64,000 nt of DNA from an uncultured Candidatus Saccharibacteria bacterium (GTDB taxonomy: Bacteria > Patescibacteriota > Minisyncoccia > Phycocordibacterales > WO2-35-19). Positions 56,833 through 64,000 of this stretch are shown here, piece by piece (the first letter of the stretch is position 1; every line of letters begins with the position of its first letter). The position numbers and the translations under genes were made by a program. The stretch spans positions 110,098 to 174,097 of the forward strand of contig CAZPQX010000001.1 of assembly GCA_964589445.1 (NCBI GenBank), written 5' to 3'. The notes under the pieces were generated by a model, which was not told where the DNA came from, ran no database searches, and saw only the letters and a list, made by a program, of their open reading frames with translations.

Positions 56833-56953
56833 AAAGGGAGGATTGCGGAATCCCCCCATTTTGCCACATAAGCAGGCTTCCAAGGGCTACACGTGGCCAC
56901 CTTACCCAGAGAAGGTCTGTCCTGAACAGACCTAAACAGACTAACAAATCTGG
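56831..56953 (-). ncRNA. Candidate structured RNA (or structured 3' UTR of hpf) with terminator
   Basis: aggtctgt/acagacct and gccacgt/atgtggc stems; ggggggatt/aatcctccc plus T-tract; TATACT upstream. Confidence 0.3.
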
Positions 56954-57019
56954 AATAAAAAAACAAGTATAAAAAATGATTTTGGAAATAATATACCAAA
57001 GGTGTTTGCGCCAAATATG

Positions 57020-57385
57020 TTATTTCTCTCCCCTCAGCATCCTCTTGATCATCGCGCTGCCTTTTCTAAATAGATGCAAGACTTTCTTTTTGTTGGTAGA
57101 AAGCTTGCGCGCGATTTCGTCTTTCACTTCGTCTATCGATGCATACAAATCTTCGGTCTCGGCTACTGCATAATGGTCGTTGCCGTTTTCCATCACATGA
57201 AATTCTGCCTTGAAAAATTCGCCTGACTTGTGATGTTTGGTGGTCTTGCCCACTTCGACATTTACAAGCACTTCGTCTGTATTTTTAAGAAACTTCTCGA
57301 GCATGGCTACTTTCTTTTCTACATATTCGGAGATAGCAGGAGTAAGACTAATATTTGTACCTTTTGTGTTTATATTTATTTTCAT
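57020..57385 (-). CDS. raiA: Ribosome hibernation factor (RaiA/HPF)
   Basis: MKININ..NISLTPAI.EYVEKK, DLYASIDEV. Confidence 0.92.
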   Translation of the reverse strand: MKININTKGTNISLTPAISEYVEKKVAMLEKFLKNTDEVLVNVEVGKTTKHHKSGEFFKAEFHVMENGNDHYAVAETEDLYASIDEVKDEIARKLSTNKKKVLHLFRKGSAMIKRMLRGEK

Positions 57386-57519
57386 ACCCATATTATACAC
57401 CCGAGGCAAACTAATTTGAATACAAGCCGGTTCACATAAACACTCTGAACCCTTTCTCAAAATGTAGCGATGCATCGCTACAAAAAGATAAAATAGATAA
57501 ACAAAAGCTCGGCCACTCC

Positions 57520-57702
57520 CTAAGGAGCGCCGAGCCACTGGCATAAATCGTGCCAGATGTAGTCTGTTCCGGGGGATACGGCTAGCGCCAATAGCCCCCC
57601 GAAAATGAAAACGAACAACCCTTCCCGCCGCCCTGACATGGCCAGGGCAAACGAGGTGGCGGAAGACACAAAAAGTGCGGACCTAAGGAGAATCATCTCC
57701 AT
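57520..57702 (-). CDS. Small two-TM hypothetical protein (orphan)
   Basis: GGAGGTGA SD; TTGCTT..TATAAT promoter; GC-richer. Confidence 0.55.
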   Translation of the reverse strand: MEMILLRSALFVSSATSFALAMSGRREGLFVFIFGGLLALAVSPGTDYIWHDLCQWLGAP

Positions 57703-57784
57703 GGTTCACCTCCACTAATATATTATATCACAAAGTAGGAAAAAAGCAAGGATTTTTGGATTTAGGCAGATGGCCTAAAAACCT

Positions 57785-58651
57785 TTAATTATCAAATATT
57801 TTTAGGAGATATGGGTCTATTTGCGACTGCTTCAAATCATAAAACCTCTCCTTCTCTTCGTGGAGTCTGAAAGCAAGCGCTTTACCCACAAACCTCCAAT
57901 GCCATGGCTCATACTGGTAGTACTCATTGCCGTCTGGGTATGAAAGTATAAAGCCGTACCTGTAAGCATTGTCGATGAGCCACTTATAACCCTCTGTAGT
58001 GTCAAAAGCGTTGAAGTTGCTACCTGTCTTTGAAGTAGTGAAGTCTAGCGTGGTACCGAGTTGATGCTCTGAGTACCCTTGGTCGGCAGAAAATTTATTG
58101 GCACCACTACCATAAGTGACGCTGTACTGATTTTTGAGAGAAGTTTGCTCAGCAAAAGACCTGTAAGCAGAGATTATTTTTAGATCTACACCAGCATTCA
58201 TGGCGTCTTTTATCATTGTTTCCAAAAATGGATATGCCTTGGAGTGAAAATAAAAATTCCTTGATGGCTCATGCAAAAAATCTTTATTTATTTCTGCTAA
58301 AGATTCTGGTACATAGTGCTCGTTTAAAAAGTAAACTTTAGAATACTTTTGCAAAAGCTCTTTGTCAGTTTTGGACAGCTTGTCCAAATTGCCTACTGTA
58401 CTTGCTATCTCTTGTATTTGGCCACTGAAAAGCGAGTTTTTATACTTCTCTGCTTCTAGCTCATTTGCAAGCTGACTATTCTCCCCTTCTAGCTCGATCA
58501 TTGCTAGCTTTTCCTTTTCGAGCTCAGAGCTCAAGAGACTAGCCTTGCTTGTCGAAGTAAAATAGAAATATCCAAAAATTATAGCGAGAGCCATAAATAC
58601 AAGAGAAATCACTACCCAGATTTTAGTTTTAGCAAAAACACTATTACTCAT
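57785..58651 (-). CDS. M15B D-alanyl-D-alanine carboxypeptidase (VanY-like)
   Basis: SAYRS, SEHQLGTTLD, YEPWHWRFVG; N-terminal TM and coiled coil. Confidence 0.92.
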   Translation of the reverse strand: MSNSVFAKTKIWVVISLVFMALAIIFGYFYFTSTSKASLLSSELEKEKLAMIELEGENSQLANELEAEKYKNSLFSGQIQEIASTVGNLDKLSKTDKELLQKYSKVYFLNEHYVPESLAEINKDFLHEPSRNFYFHSKAYPFLETMIKDAMNAGVDLKIISAYRSFAEQTSLKNQYSVTYGSGANKFSADQGYSEHQLGTTLDFTTSKTGSNFNAFDTTEGYKWLIDNAYRYGFILSYPDGNEYYQYEPWHWRFVGKALAFRLHEEKERFYDLKQSQIDPYLLKIFDN

Positions 58652-58868
58652 TTGTTTTATCAAGTTCATTGCCGATATCTTCTACAAAAGTGCCTGCCGG
58701 AGAAGTGCACTGTCTCGGATAACTCTCCATTATGGGGAAACCTGCAAGCATACATTCTTCAAAGTTTGAGACAACTACAGAAAATTCCTCCCCATCATTT
58801 CTAAAGGCAAAATAATACATAGTGTAAATAACACCAAGTATCAAAAGTGATACAAATAATTTTTTCAT
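58644..58868 (-). CDS. Small membrane-anchored hypothetical protein
   Basis: TM followed by NFEEC..AG.PIMESYPRQC. Confidence 0.75.
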   Translation of the reverse strand: MKKLFVSLLILGVIYTMYYFAFRNDGEEFSVVVSNFEECMLAGFPIMESYPRQCTSPAGTFVEDIGNELDKTNE

Positions 58869-58914
58869 AAAACTACTAAACATTTTTTAGAATGATATCA
58901 CGTTGCTCAATTAT

Positions 58915-61900
58915 TTATCTACTCTTTTGCAATTTTAGGAGCAGCTCTTGAACCTGACTTTGCAAAACCTTTATTTGATCTTGCAGCATCTGGTTGCTCT
59001 GACCCACACTAGACTGAAGAGTATTGCAGCTAGTACCAAGCATTGAATTTATTTTTAACCGAGTAACAGGTCCTGCCATACCATAACCAGTAGTACGATA
59101 ATCCCCTGAAGAAACTATATTGTTATCTCTTTGAAATCTTTTTACTGACTCTATAGTTACAGGGCCAAAAAAACCGGTCACATTGTCTGCTGTTGTATAG
59201 CCCTTCTGTACCAGAAAGTTTTGAAGGGTCTTAACATCTTCTCCTTCAGATCTAAAAGCCAGGTTTCGACTCAAGGCAGAAGAAGAAGGTGTGCATGTCA
59301 CGGTAGGACTAACAGTATCGGGAGCAGAGGAAACAGATAAATTTCTTCGACCTGAAGAAGTACTACCGCCCCCACCACCACCCGAAGAAACTGGTGCTGG
59401 ATCGGAAGCGTGAGATTCACTATCAACCAGAAACTCAACAAACAAAGGATCAGAATAAACGCCCAAATCATCTACCACAAAAAGAGAATAATAATATGTA
59501 TTTGGTGTCACATTTGTATCTCTAAAACTTGTAGAAGTACAATCAATGGTTGCAATGCGTTTTGATTCGTCAGGAGTTGAGACATAACCAGTAGTTGATC
59601 TGTATATTTTTATGTTCTGACAAAGATCATAATCGATACTTCCCCACTCGAGTATAACAGAGCCCTTCCTAGCATTTATAAACTGTATCTTTGGAGGCTT
59701 GACCAACCTATCTTTGGTCTTAAAGTTCTTTAGTTCAGAAACTAATTTATTTTGTGAAGCATCTGTCGCAGTAATTTTGTAATAGTAAGTAGTACCTGGC
59801 TCCAAATCTCTTATCAATAGACTGTGATTTTTTTTCATATCTGAAGTGGATATGCTTGTACCAAGAGAAGTAGTCTCCCCATATTCTATCTTAATTGCCG
59901 AATTTTCATTTGTAGTAAAGCCGACCAAAGCAGAGACCCAACCCAGATCAGAAACATCTATTGAGGATATATTCGGTGGAGTGGTGTCTTGTGCTGGCTC
60001 TGATGGTATAGAAGGTGATGGAAGTATTGGTATTTGGCTAGCACTAGTTTTAACTCCCGCAATAGCATTGTTCAAAATATCCATATTTACACCTATGTCT
60101 GCACCATCTGTACCTGCATTTTTATATACAGAACTGCTATTTAATTTGAAATTACCACTAGATAAATCTGTAAACCCCACGCCCACCAATGATGACACCA
60201 ATGTCCCACTTGGATACATCCTCAGCAAGTTATCGTTTGATATATTTACGTCTGCATACCTAGAAGATGTATTGATTAAAAGATTTTTAGCATAAGAATA
60301 ATTAGGGAAATATGTATCCAAATACCCCTTACCCTCCATTACATTTCCAAAACCATAAGCTGACCTTTCAAATATATTGTTGGTTAAAACAATGTTCGGA
60401 TTTCTAACGTTGTCTTCGTAGTTTGTAAAGAAAGTGTTGTAGGTACTAAATATAGTGTTGTGGTTGAACTCAACATCAGACGTGCCATTATATATTTGTA
60501 CGCCTCGACTGAGCTCGTTAGTCCATGAAGGATCATTGTAAAACAAGTTATTCTGCACCTTTACTCTTTTTGTAACTGGGGTTAACTTGGTCCAATCATT
60601 GTAACTTTCACTACCTTGAAACATGATCCCAACTTCGACATTTTTTATAATGTTATTGGTTATTGTCATATCTTGTGCAAAACAAAACGGACATGTTCCG
60701 TCCTGATTGGATGATTTTATAAGCAAACCATAACCAATCTGAGCACTCATCCAACTATTTTCAAAGATGTTACTATCGAGCAAAACGCGTTGCATAGATT
60801 TTGTTTCAAACAAATTTTTTATCGCATAATTTTTACCCGCGAATGTAGAATGTTTTGGATTCCAATATGCTGGCTTAATAAAATAATTTTTTCTGATTTC
60901 GAAATCCGAAGGTATCACTCCGAAATACGCTTTACTATTTGCATCAGGCACATTTGCAATAGGATCAAAAGTTATATTGTTTCCGCTTATAGACCTTACG
61001 GTTGTCCAATTTGCTTCTCCAGTCTTACCACCCACCGTAAACATAATACCCTGCCCCACACCCAAACCCTGGACTGAAGACAAAGTAGCAGAGCTAGTAG
61101 TCTGACCTGTAACAGTAGGCGAATAGCTAATAGAAGGGTCTGCCCCTCCAAACATAATATTTTCACCAGATGCTTCTAAATAATTATTTACGAATTTAAA
61201 AGGTCCAGCCGCATTCCAACCCATTATGGTTTGGGTATCTTGCCAAGTACTTTGGATCTGTGATATATGCGAATCTATGACAGCACAGTTGTTACAGTTC
61301 ATCCTAATACCTCTTTTAGTTTCGCTTGCTATATCTCCATGGATATATACGCGATCAAAAATAATATTTCTTGGCTGCTCTTGAGGGTCAGTGTCTATAC
61401 CATTGCGTAATTTTGATTGCCACCAATCCCCCAAAACAACAAGTTCACTAACAAAAGAATCAGGAAATTGTTGAGTGATTTCGAGACCTATAAGTCTATA
61501 ATTACTCGCAGCCGTTTTTGTCTGAATTACTGCTGCATTTGACCCGGGACTTACCAACTTTGCCATTTTTGAAGCATCACTCGGAGACACACGAGTACCT
61601 GGAGCCACAAAATTTGAACCTAGATTTGCAGTTCTTATTGTGACCCAACCACTGCCGGTGGTTTTTTTAGGTAAGTAAAAAGGCCCCACAAAAGTAGCCC
61701 CAGCCTGCACACAAACAGTATCGCCAAGTTTTGCTGAATCTATAGCTGCCTGCAAATCACCACCACTAGCCACATTTATAGTACAAGTATCAGATGTTGA
61801 AGGTAGTGTCGTGTCTACATAAGCCCTTGGTAGCTCTGGAGTTGATGCTCCTAAAACTTGTCCATTTATATTAGGGACCTGAGCAACTTGAGTTTTGGGC

Positions 61901-61980
61901 AATACACCCAAATTAGTACCAAGCAACATGCTGAGTGCAGCGAGAGCAGAAGCCAATTTAGACATTAATTCTATTTGCAT
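58915..61980 (-). CDS. Large secreted protein: pectin-lyase-like beta-helix, FN3-like domains and peptidoglycan-binding domain
   Basis: DLQAAIDSA..GDTV start, N-rich beta-helix coils, LEPGTTYYY FN3, DVKTLQNFL..TGFFGPVT..VKRFQ. Confidence 0.8.
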   Translation of the reverse strand: MQIELMSKLASALAALSMLLGTNLGVLPKTQVAQVPNINGQVLGASTPELPRAYVDTTLPSTSDTCTINVASGGDLQAAIDSAKLGDTVCVQAGATFVGPFYLPKKTTGSGWVTIRTANLGSNFVAPGTRVSPSDASKMAKLVSPGSNAAVIQTKTAASNYRLIGLEITQQFPDSFVSELVVLGDWWQSKLRNGIDTDPQEQPRNIIFDRVYIHGDIASETKRGIRMNCNNCAVIDSHISQIQSTWQDTQTIMGWNAAGPFKFVNNYLEASGENIMFGGADPSISYSPTVTGQTTSSATLSSVQGLGVGQGIMFTVGGKTGEANWTTVRSISGNNITFDPIANVPDANSKAYFGVIPSDFEIRKNYFIKPAYWNPKHSTFAGKNYAIKNLFETKSMQRVLLDSNIFENSWMSAQIGYGLLIKSSNQDGTCPFCFAQDMTITNNIIKNVEVGIMFQGSESYNDWTKLTPVTKRVKVQNNLFYNDPSWTNELSRGVQIYNGTSDVEFNHNTIFSTYNTFFTNYEDNVRNPNIVLTNNIFERSAYGFGNVMEGKGYLDTYFPNYSYAKNLLINTSSRYADVNISNDNLLRMYPSGTLVSSLVGVGFTDLSSGNFKLNSSSVYKNAGTDGADIGVNMDILNNAIAGVKTSASQIPILPSPSIPSEPAQDTTPPNISSIDVSDLGWVSALVGFTTNENSAIKIEYGETTSLGTSISTSDMKKNHSLLIRDLEPGTTYYYKITATDASQNKLVSELKNFKTKDRLVKPPKIQFINARKGSVILEWGSIDYDLCQNIKIYRSTTGYVSTPDESKRIATIDCTSTSFRDTNVTPNTYYYSLFVVDDLGVYSDPLFVEFLVDSESHASDPAPVSSGGGGGGSTSSGRRNLSVSSAPDTVSPTVTCTPSSSALSRNLAFRSEGEDVKTLQNFLVQKGYTTADNVTGFFGPVTIESVKRFQRDNNIVSSGDYRTTGYGMAGPVTRLKINSMLGTSCNTLQSSVGQSNQMLQDQIKVLQSQVQELLLKLQKSR

Positions 61981-62227
61981 AACATTTTATAAATATTTAA
62001 TGTATTTAAGTATAGACTAAACACAATAACACTCAACTCTGAATTAGCCTTATCTCTTCATCTTTTCTTCATGATTGCTTTTACCACCCAAATCCCCCAT
62101 TTGGCAATTTAAGACTATTTTGTTAATATGATTTTGTTCTTTAAAAGAGAATATTTTGTCTTAAAGTTTTTTACAAAACTTTAGTGACACATTCCGCGGT
62201 AGCTCAGCTGGTAGAGCGGCGAGCTGT

Positions 62228-62822
62228 GGATAGGTTTACACTCAAGGCTGGTATACTTATGTATATATGCCAGAGAAGAGAACCTATGCTGATCGTGCTG
62301 AATATTTGCGAGAAGCCGTCAAAAAAAGAAGGAAAAAACTTCGAGAAATGGCTCGCGAATATGGTGGAGGTAAGTGTGCAATATGTGGTTATAAAAAATC
62401 ACCAAGAGCACTAGCCTTTCATCATCTCAACCCACAAGAAAAAGATTTTGGACTTTCCGTTAAAGGATTGACCAGATCCTGGGAAAAGATGAGGAAAGAA
62501 ATAGATAAATGTATCTTGCTTTGCGCAAACTGCCACGCAGAAGTGCACGATGGTATTACGCAGCTTCCCGAGGTAACTCGGGTTGAAAAACGAGGTGAAT
62601 TCGGGGAAGCCCTTCGTGGGTAATCCCGAGCCAAGACCAGCACTAATTTTGGTTTTTAATTTTTATAAATCAAAATTAGTGCTGGTAAGGTGTAGAGACT
62701 ATCCGTAATTGGAGTACTTTTCGGACTAAAAGTCCGGATGGGAAGCGCCTCGCCACTTATATCTCACAGAGATTTTAAGTGGATGATATAGTCCATCCCT
62801 CTTAGAAATTTGAGGATAAATG
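62228..62822 (+). mobile_element. Group I intron (595 nt) with homing-endonuclease ORF
   Basis: Exon ends in T and intron ends in G; IGS gcagctt pairs with gagctgt with a U.G wobble; P3 cgaggtg/cgcctcg; P4 aattcgggga..atcccgagc; R gtagagacta; S gatatagtcc. Confidence 0.9.
62267..62623 (+). CDS. Intron-encoded zinc-binding HNH endonuclease
   Basis: CAIC, FHH, LLCANCHAEVH; starts in the P1 loop and reads into the ribozyme core. Confidence 0.85.
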   Translation: MPEKRTYADRAEYLREAVKKRRKKLREMAREYGGGKCAICGYKKSPRALAFHHLNPQEKDFGLSVKGLTRSWEKMRKEIDKCILLCANCHAEVHDGITQLPEVTRVEKRGEFGEALRG

Positions 62823-62916
62823 TAACTCGTTGGTCGTAGGTTCGAATCCTACCCGCGGAGCAACAAACACGAAGTCCTGATGCGTAGCATTAGGGCTTTT
62901 GTGTTTGTATCTGCCT

Positions 62917-63081
62917 GTAGGATTCGAACCGAAGGTGCCTGTTTTTAAGGAATAAGATGACTATAAAAACAGAGCATCTCGACCGGAAGAATGGAGGGAG
63001 AGGCGAATCCTACCCGCGGAGCCATCAAAATGACCTTGTTCTGCAGGGTCATTTTGTTTGACCCAGATAGGGTTCAGAACC
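62917..63081 (+). repeat. tRNA-Asn 3'-end duplication and inverted T-arm copies flanking hairpins
   Basis: gtaggattcgaacc (62917-62930, inverted); cgaatcctacccgcggagcca (63004-63024, direct); degenerate inverted copy at 63068-63081. Confidence 0.8.
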
Positions 63082-63103
63082 AATTTTTGTTATAATGTTT
63101 TTT

Positions 63104-63547
63104 ATGAAGCAAATACACTTAAAAGGTTCTTGGATAATTAAGGCACCTAAAGAAGAAATCTATAAGATAGTTTCTGACTTTGAAAATATGCCAAAACATT
63201 TTCCAACTATTGCGGAGTCAGTACGCATTACTGAAAAGCAAGGAAATCATCAGAAAATGGAGGCACGGGTAAAATCTTTTGGAAAAGTGTTTGATGTGCA
63301 GATGAATACCGAGCTTGTGCCTAATATAGGATTTAAGTCTACTAACTCTTCATCGTTTGGTACTTCTGGTTATGAGGAGCTATTGATGGAAGACGTTGAT
63401 GGTGGTACAAAAATTAACTACACATACGAAGTTGAAATCCATAAACCATTGTTAAGATTAATAGCAACGCCTTTGATAAAGTGGTTTGCAATGTGGTCTT
63501 GGAAACGTGCTTTTATTGATGTGCTACGAAAAATCGTAGAGAAATAG
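63104..63547 (+). CDS. SRPBCC/START-like protein
   Basis: IKAPKEEIYKIVSDFENMPKHFP, GGTKINY. Confidence 0.85.
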   Translation: MKQIHLKGSWIIKAPKEEIYKIVSDFENMPKHFPTIAESVRITEKQGNHQKMEARVKSFGKVFDVQMNTELVPNIGFKSTNSSSFGTSGYEELLMEDVDGGTKINYTYEVEIHKPLLRLIATPLIKWFAMWSWKRAFIDVLRKIVEK

Positions 63548-63809
63548 TTTGTTTATAAGTTCTGAAGTGGAACCACTGGAAACAGTTCAAAAATCTTAGA
63601 AAAATCCAAATCTCTTTTAATAGTAGTCCAATTGAGAGTTCTGAAATCGTCCAACAGAGGGAGCAACAAAAAGAAAGCACTCTAGCTGAGTGTTTTTCTT
63701 TTTTATACACCTACACTTGGAGCCATTACATACCCTTGACAATATAATGTTTGAGTTATAATTTTTTTTCAGAATGTTGAAAACAATTTTTGTTATACTC
63801 GTGGGGTGC

Positions 63810-64000
63810 ATGACCGCATTCCACTTTCTCAAGAATGTGAGGTACTACAGCCGCAAAAACAGGATTGTGCTACCAATCCTATACACCACGAGCCTGGTAC
63901 TCCTGTGGCACCTTAGTCCCCTCTTCTTTGCCATCACAGCGGTAAAGACAGTGTTCTTTTGGGACCATGTATTGGAGACAAAATTCAACTACTATGGGAC
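63810..64000 (+). CDS. Partial hypothetical membrane protein running off the window end
   Basis: TATACT upstream; frame MTAFHFLKN... stays open to the end; hydrophobic. Confidence 0.4.
   Translation, partial: MTAFHFLKNVRYYSRKNRIVLPILYTTSLVLLWHLSPLFFAITAVKTVFFWDHVLETKFNYYG

Larger units (their letters stand above)
62193..62860 (+). tRNA. tRNA-Asn(GTT), exons 62193-62227 and 62823-62860, intron at position 35/36
   Basis: Joined exons give a 73-nt cloverleaf: acceptor tccgcgg/ccgcgga, anticodon arm gcgag-ctGT|Taa-ctcgt, T-arm gtagg-ttcgaat-cctac. Confidence 0.92.

Noticed and set aside
57386-57544. N-terminal extension of RaiA/HPF
   Set aside because: A TATAAT box lies just before MKININ, and the extension crosses another gene's end and terminator.
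62184-62414. 76-aa ORF overlapping the tRNA-Asn 5' exon
   Set aside because: It runs through the tRNA exon and is out of frame with the HNH gene; spurious.
1-64000. Alternative genetic code (TGA as Gly, as in Gracilibacteria/Absconditabacteria)
   Set aside because: Conserved genes are full length under the standard bacterial code, and TGA is used as a stop (e.g. ftsI, murF).

Overview
AT-rich bacterial chromosomal window, probably from a Patescibacteria/CPR (Parcubacteria-like) genome. This is inferred from rpsE directly abutting rplO with no rpmD, a trigger factor without its PPIase domain, a type IV pilus cluster, a stand-alone VirD4-like ATPase and mostly SD-less genes. The backbone is housekeeping: pilus genes, rpsO, a Xer-type recombinase, tig, clpP, rny, ndk, the distal spc operon, uvrB, tgt, dcw/mre genes, class I lysS, proS, frr, priA, def-fmt and hpf. 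The most striking signal is a family of nested, covarying hairpin elements with GA(C/A)(T/C)G and AGCA loops and tandem GA/GA internal loops. They are inserted in frame in four conserved proteins (UvrB, Tgt, RseP, Fmt), between genes, and inside a degenerate tRNA copy, and all six copies fold on the + strand whatever the host gene direction. Also present: a tRNA-Asn(GTT) split at 35/36 by a group I intron carrying an HNH endonuclease; a tRNA-Glu(CTC) preceded by two interrupted copies and followed by an AT-rich island with two RxxxxH (HEPN-like) genes; an unannotated array of three ~32-aa membrane peptides; a compact 6S-like RNA; three orphan structured-RNA candidates; and self-contained GC-richer orphan genes. 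All calls were made by eye, with no database searches.
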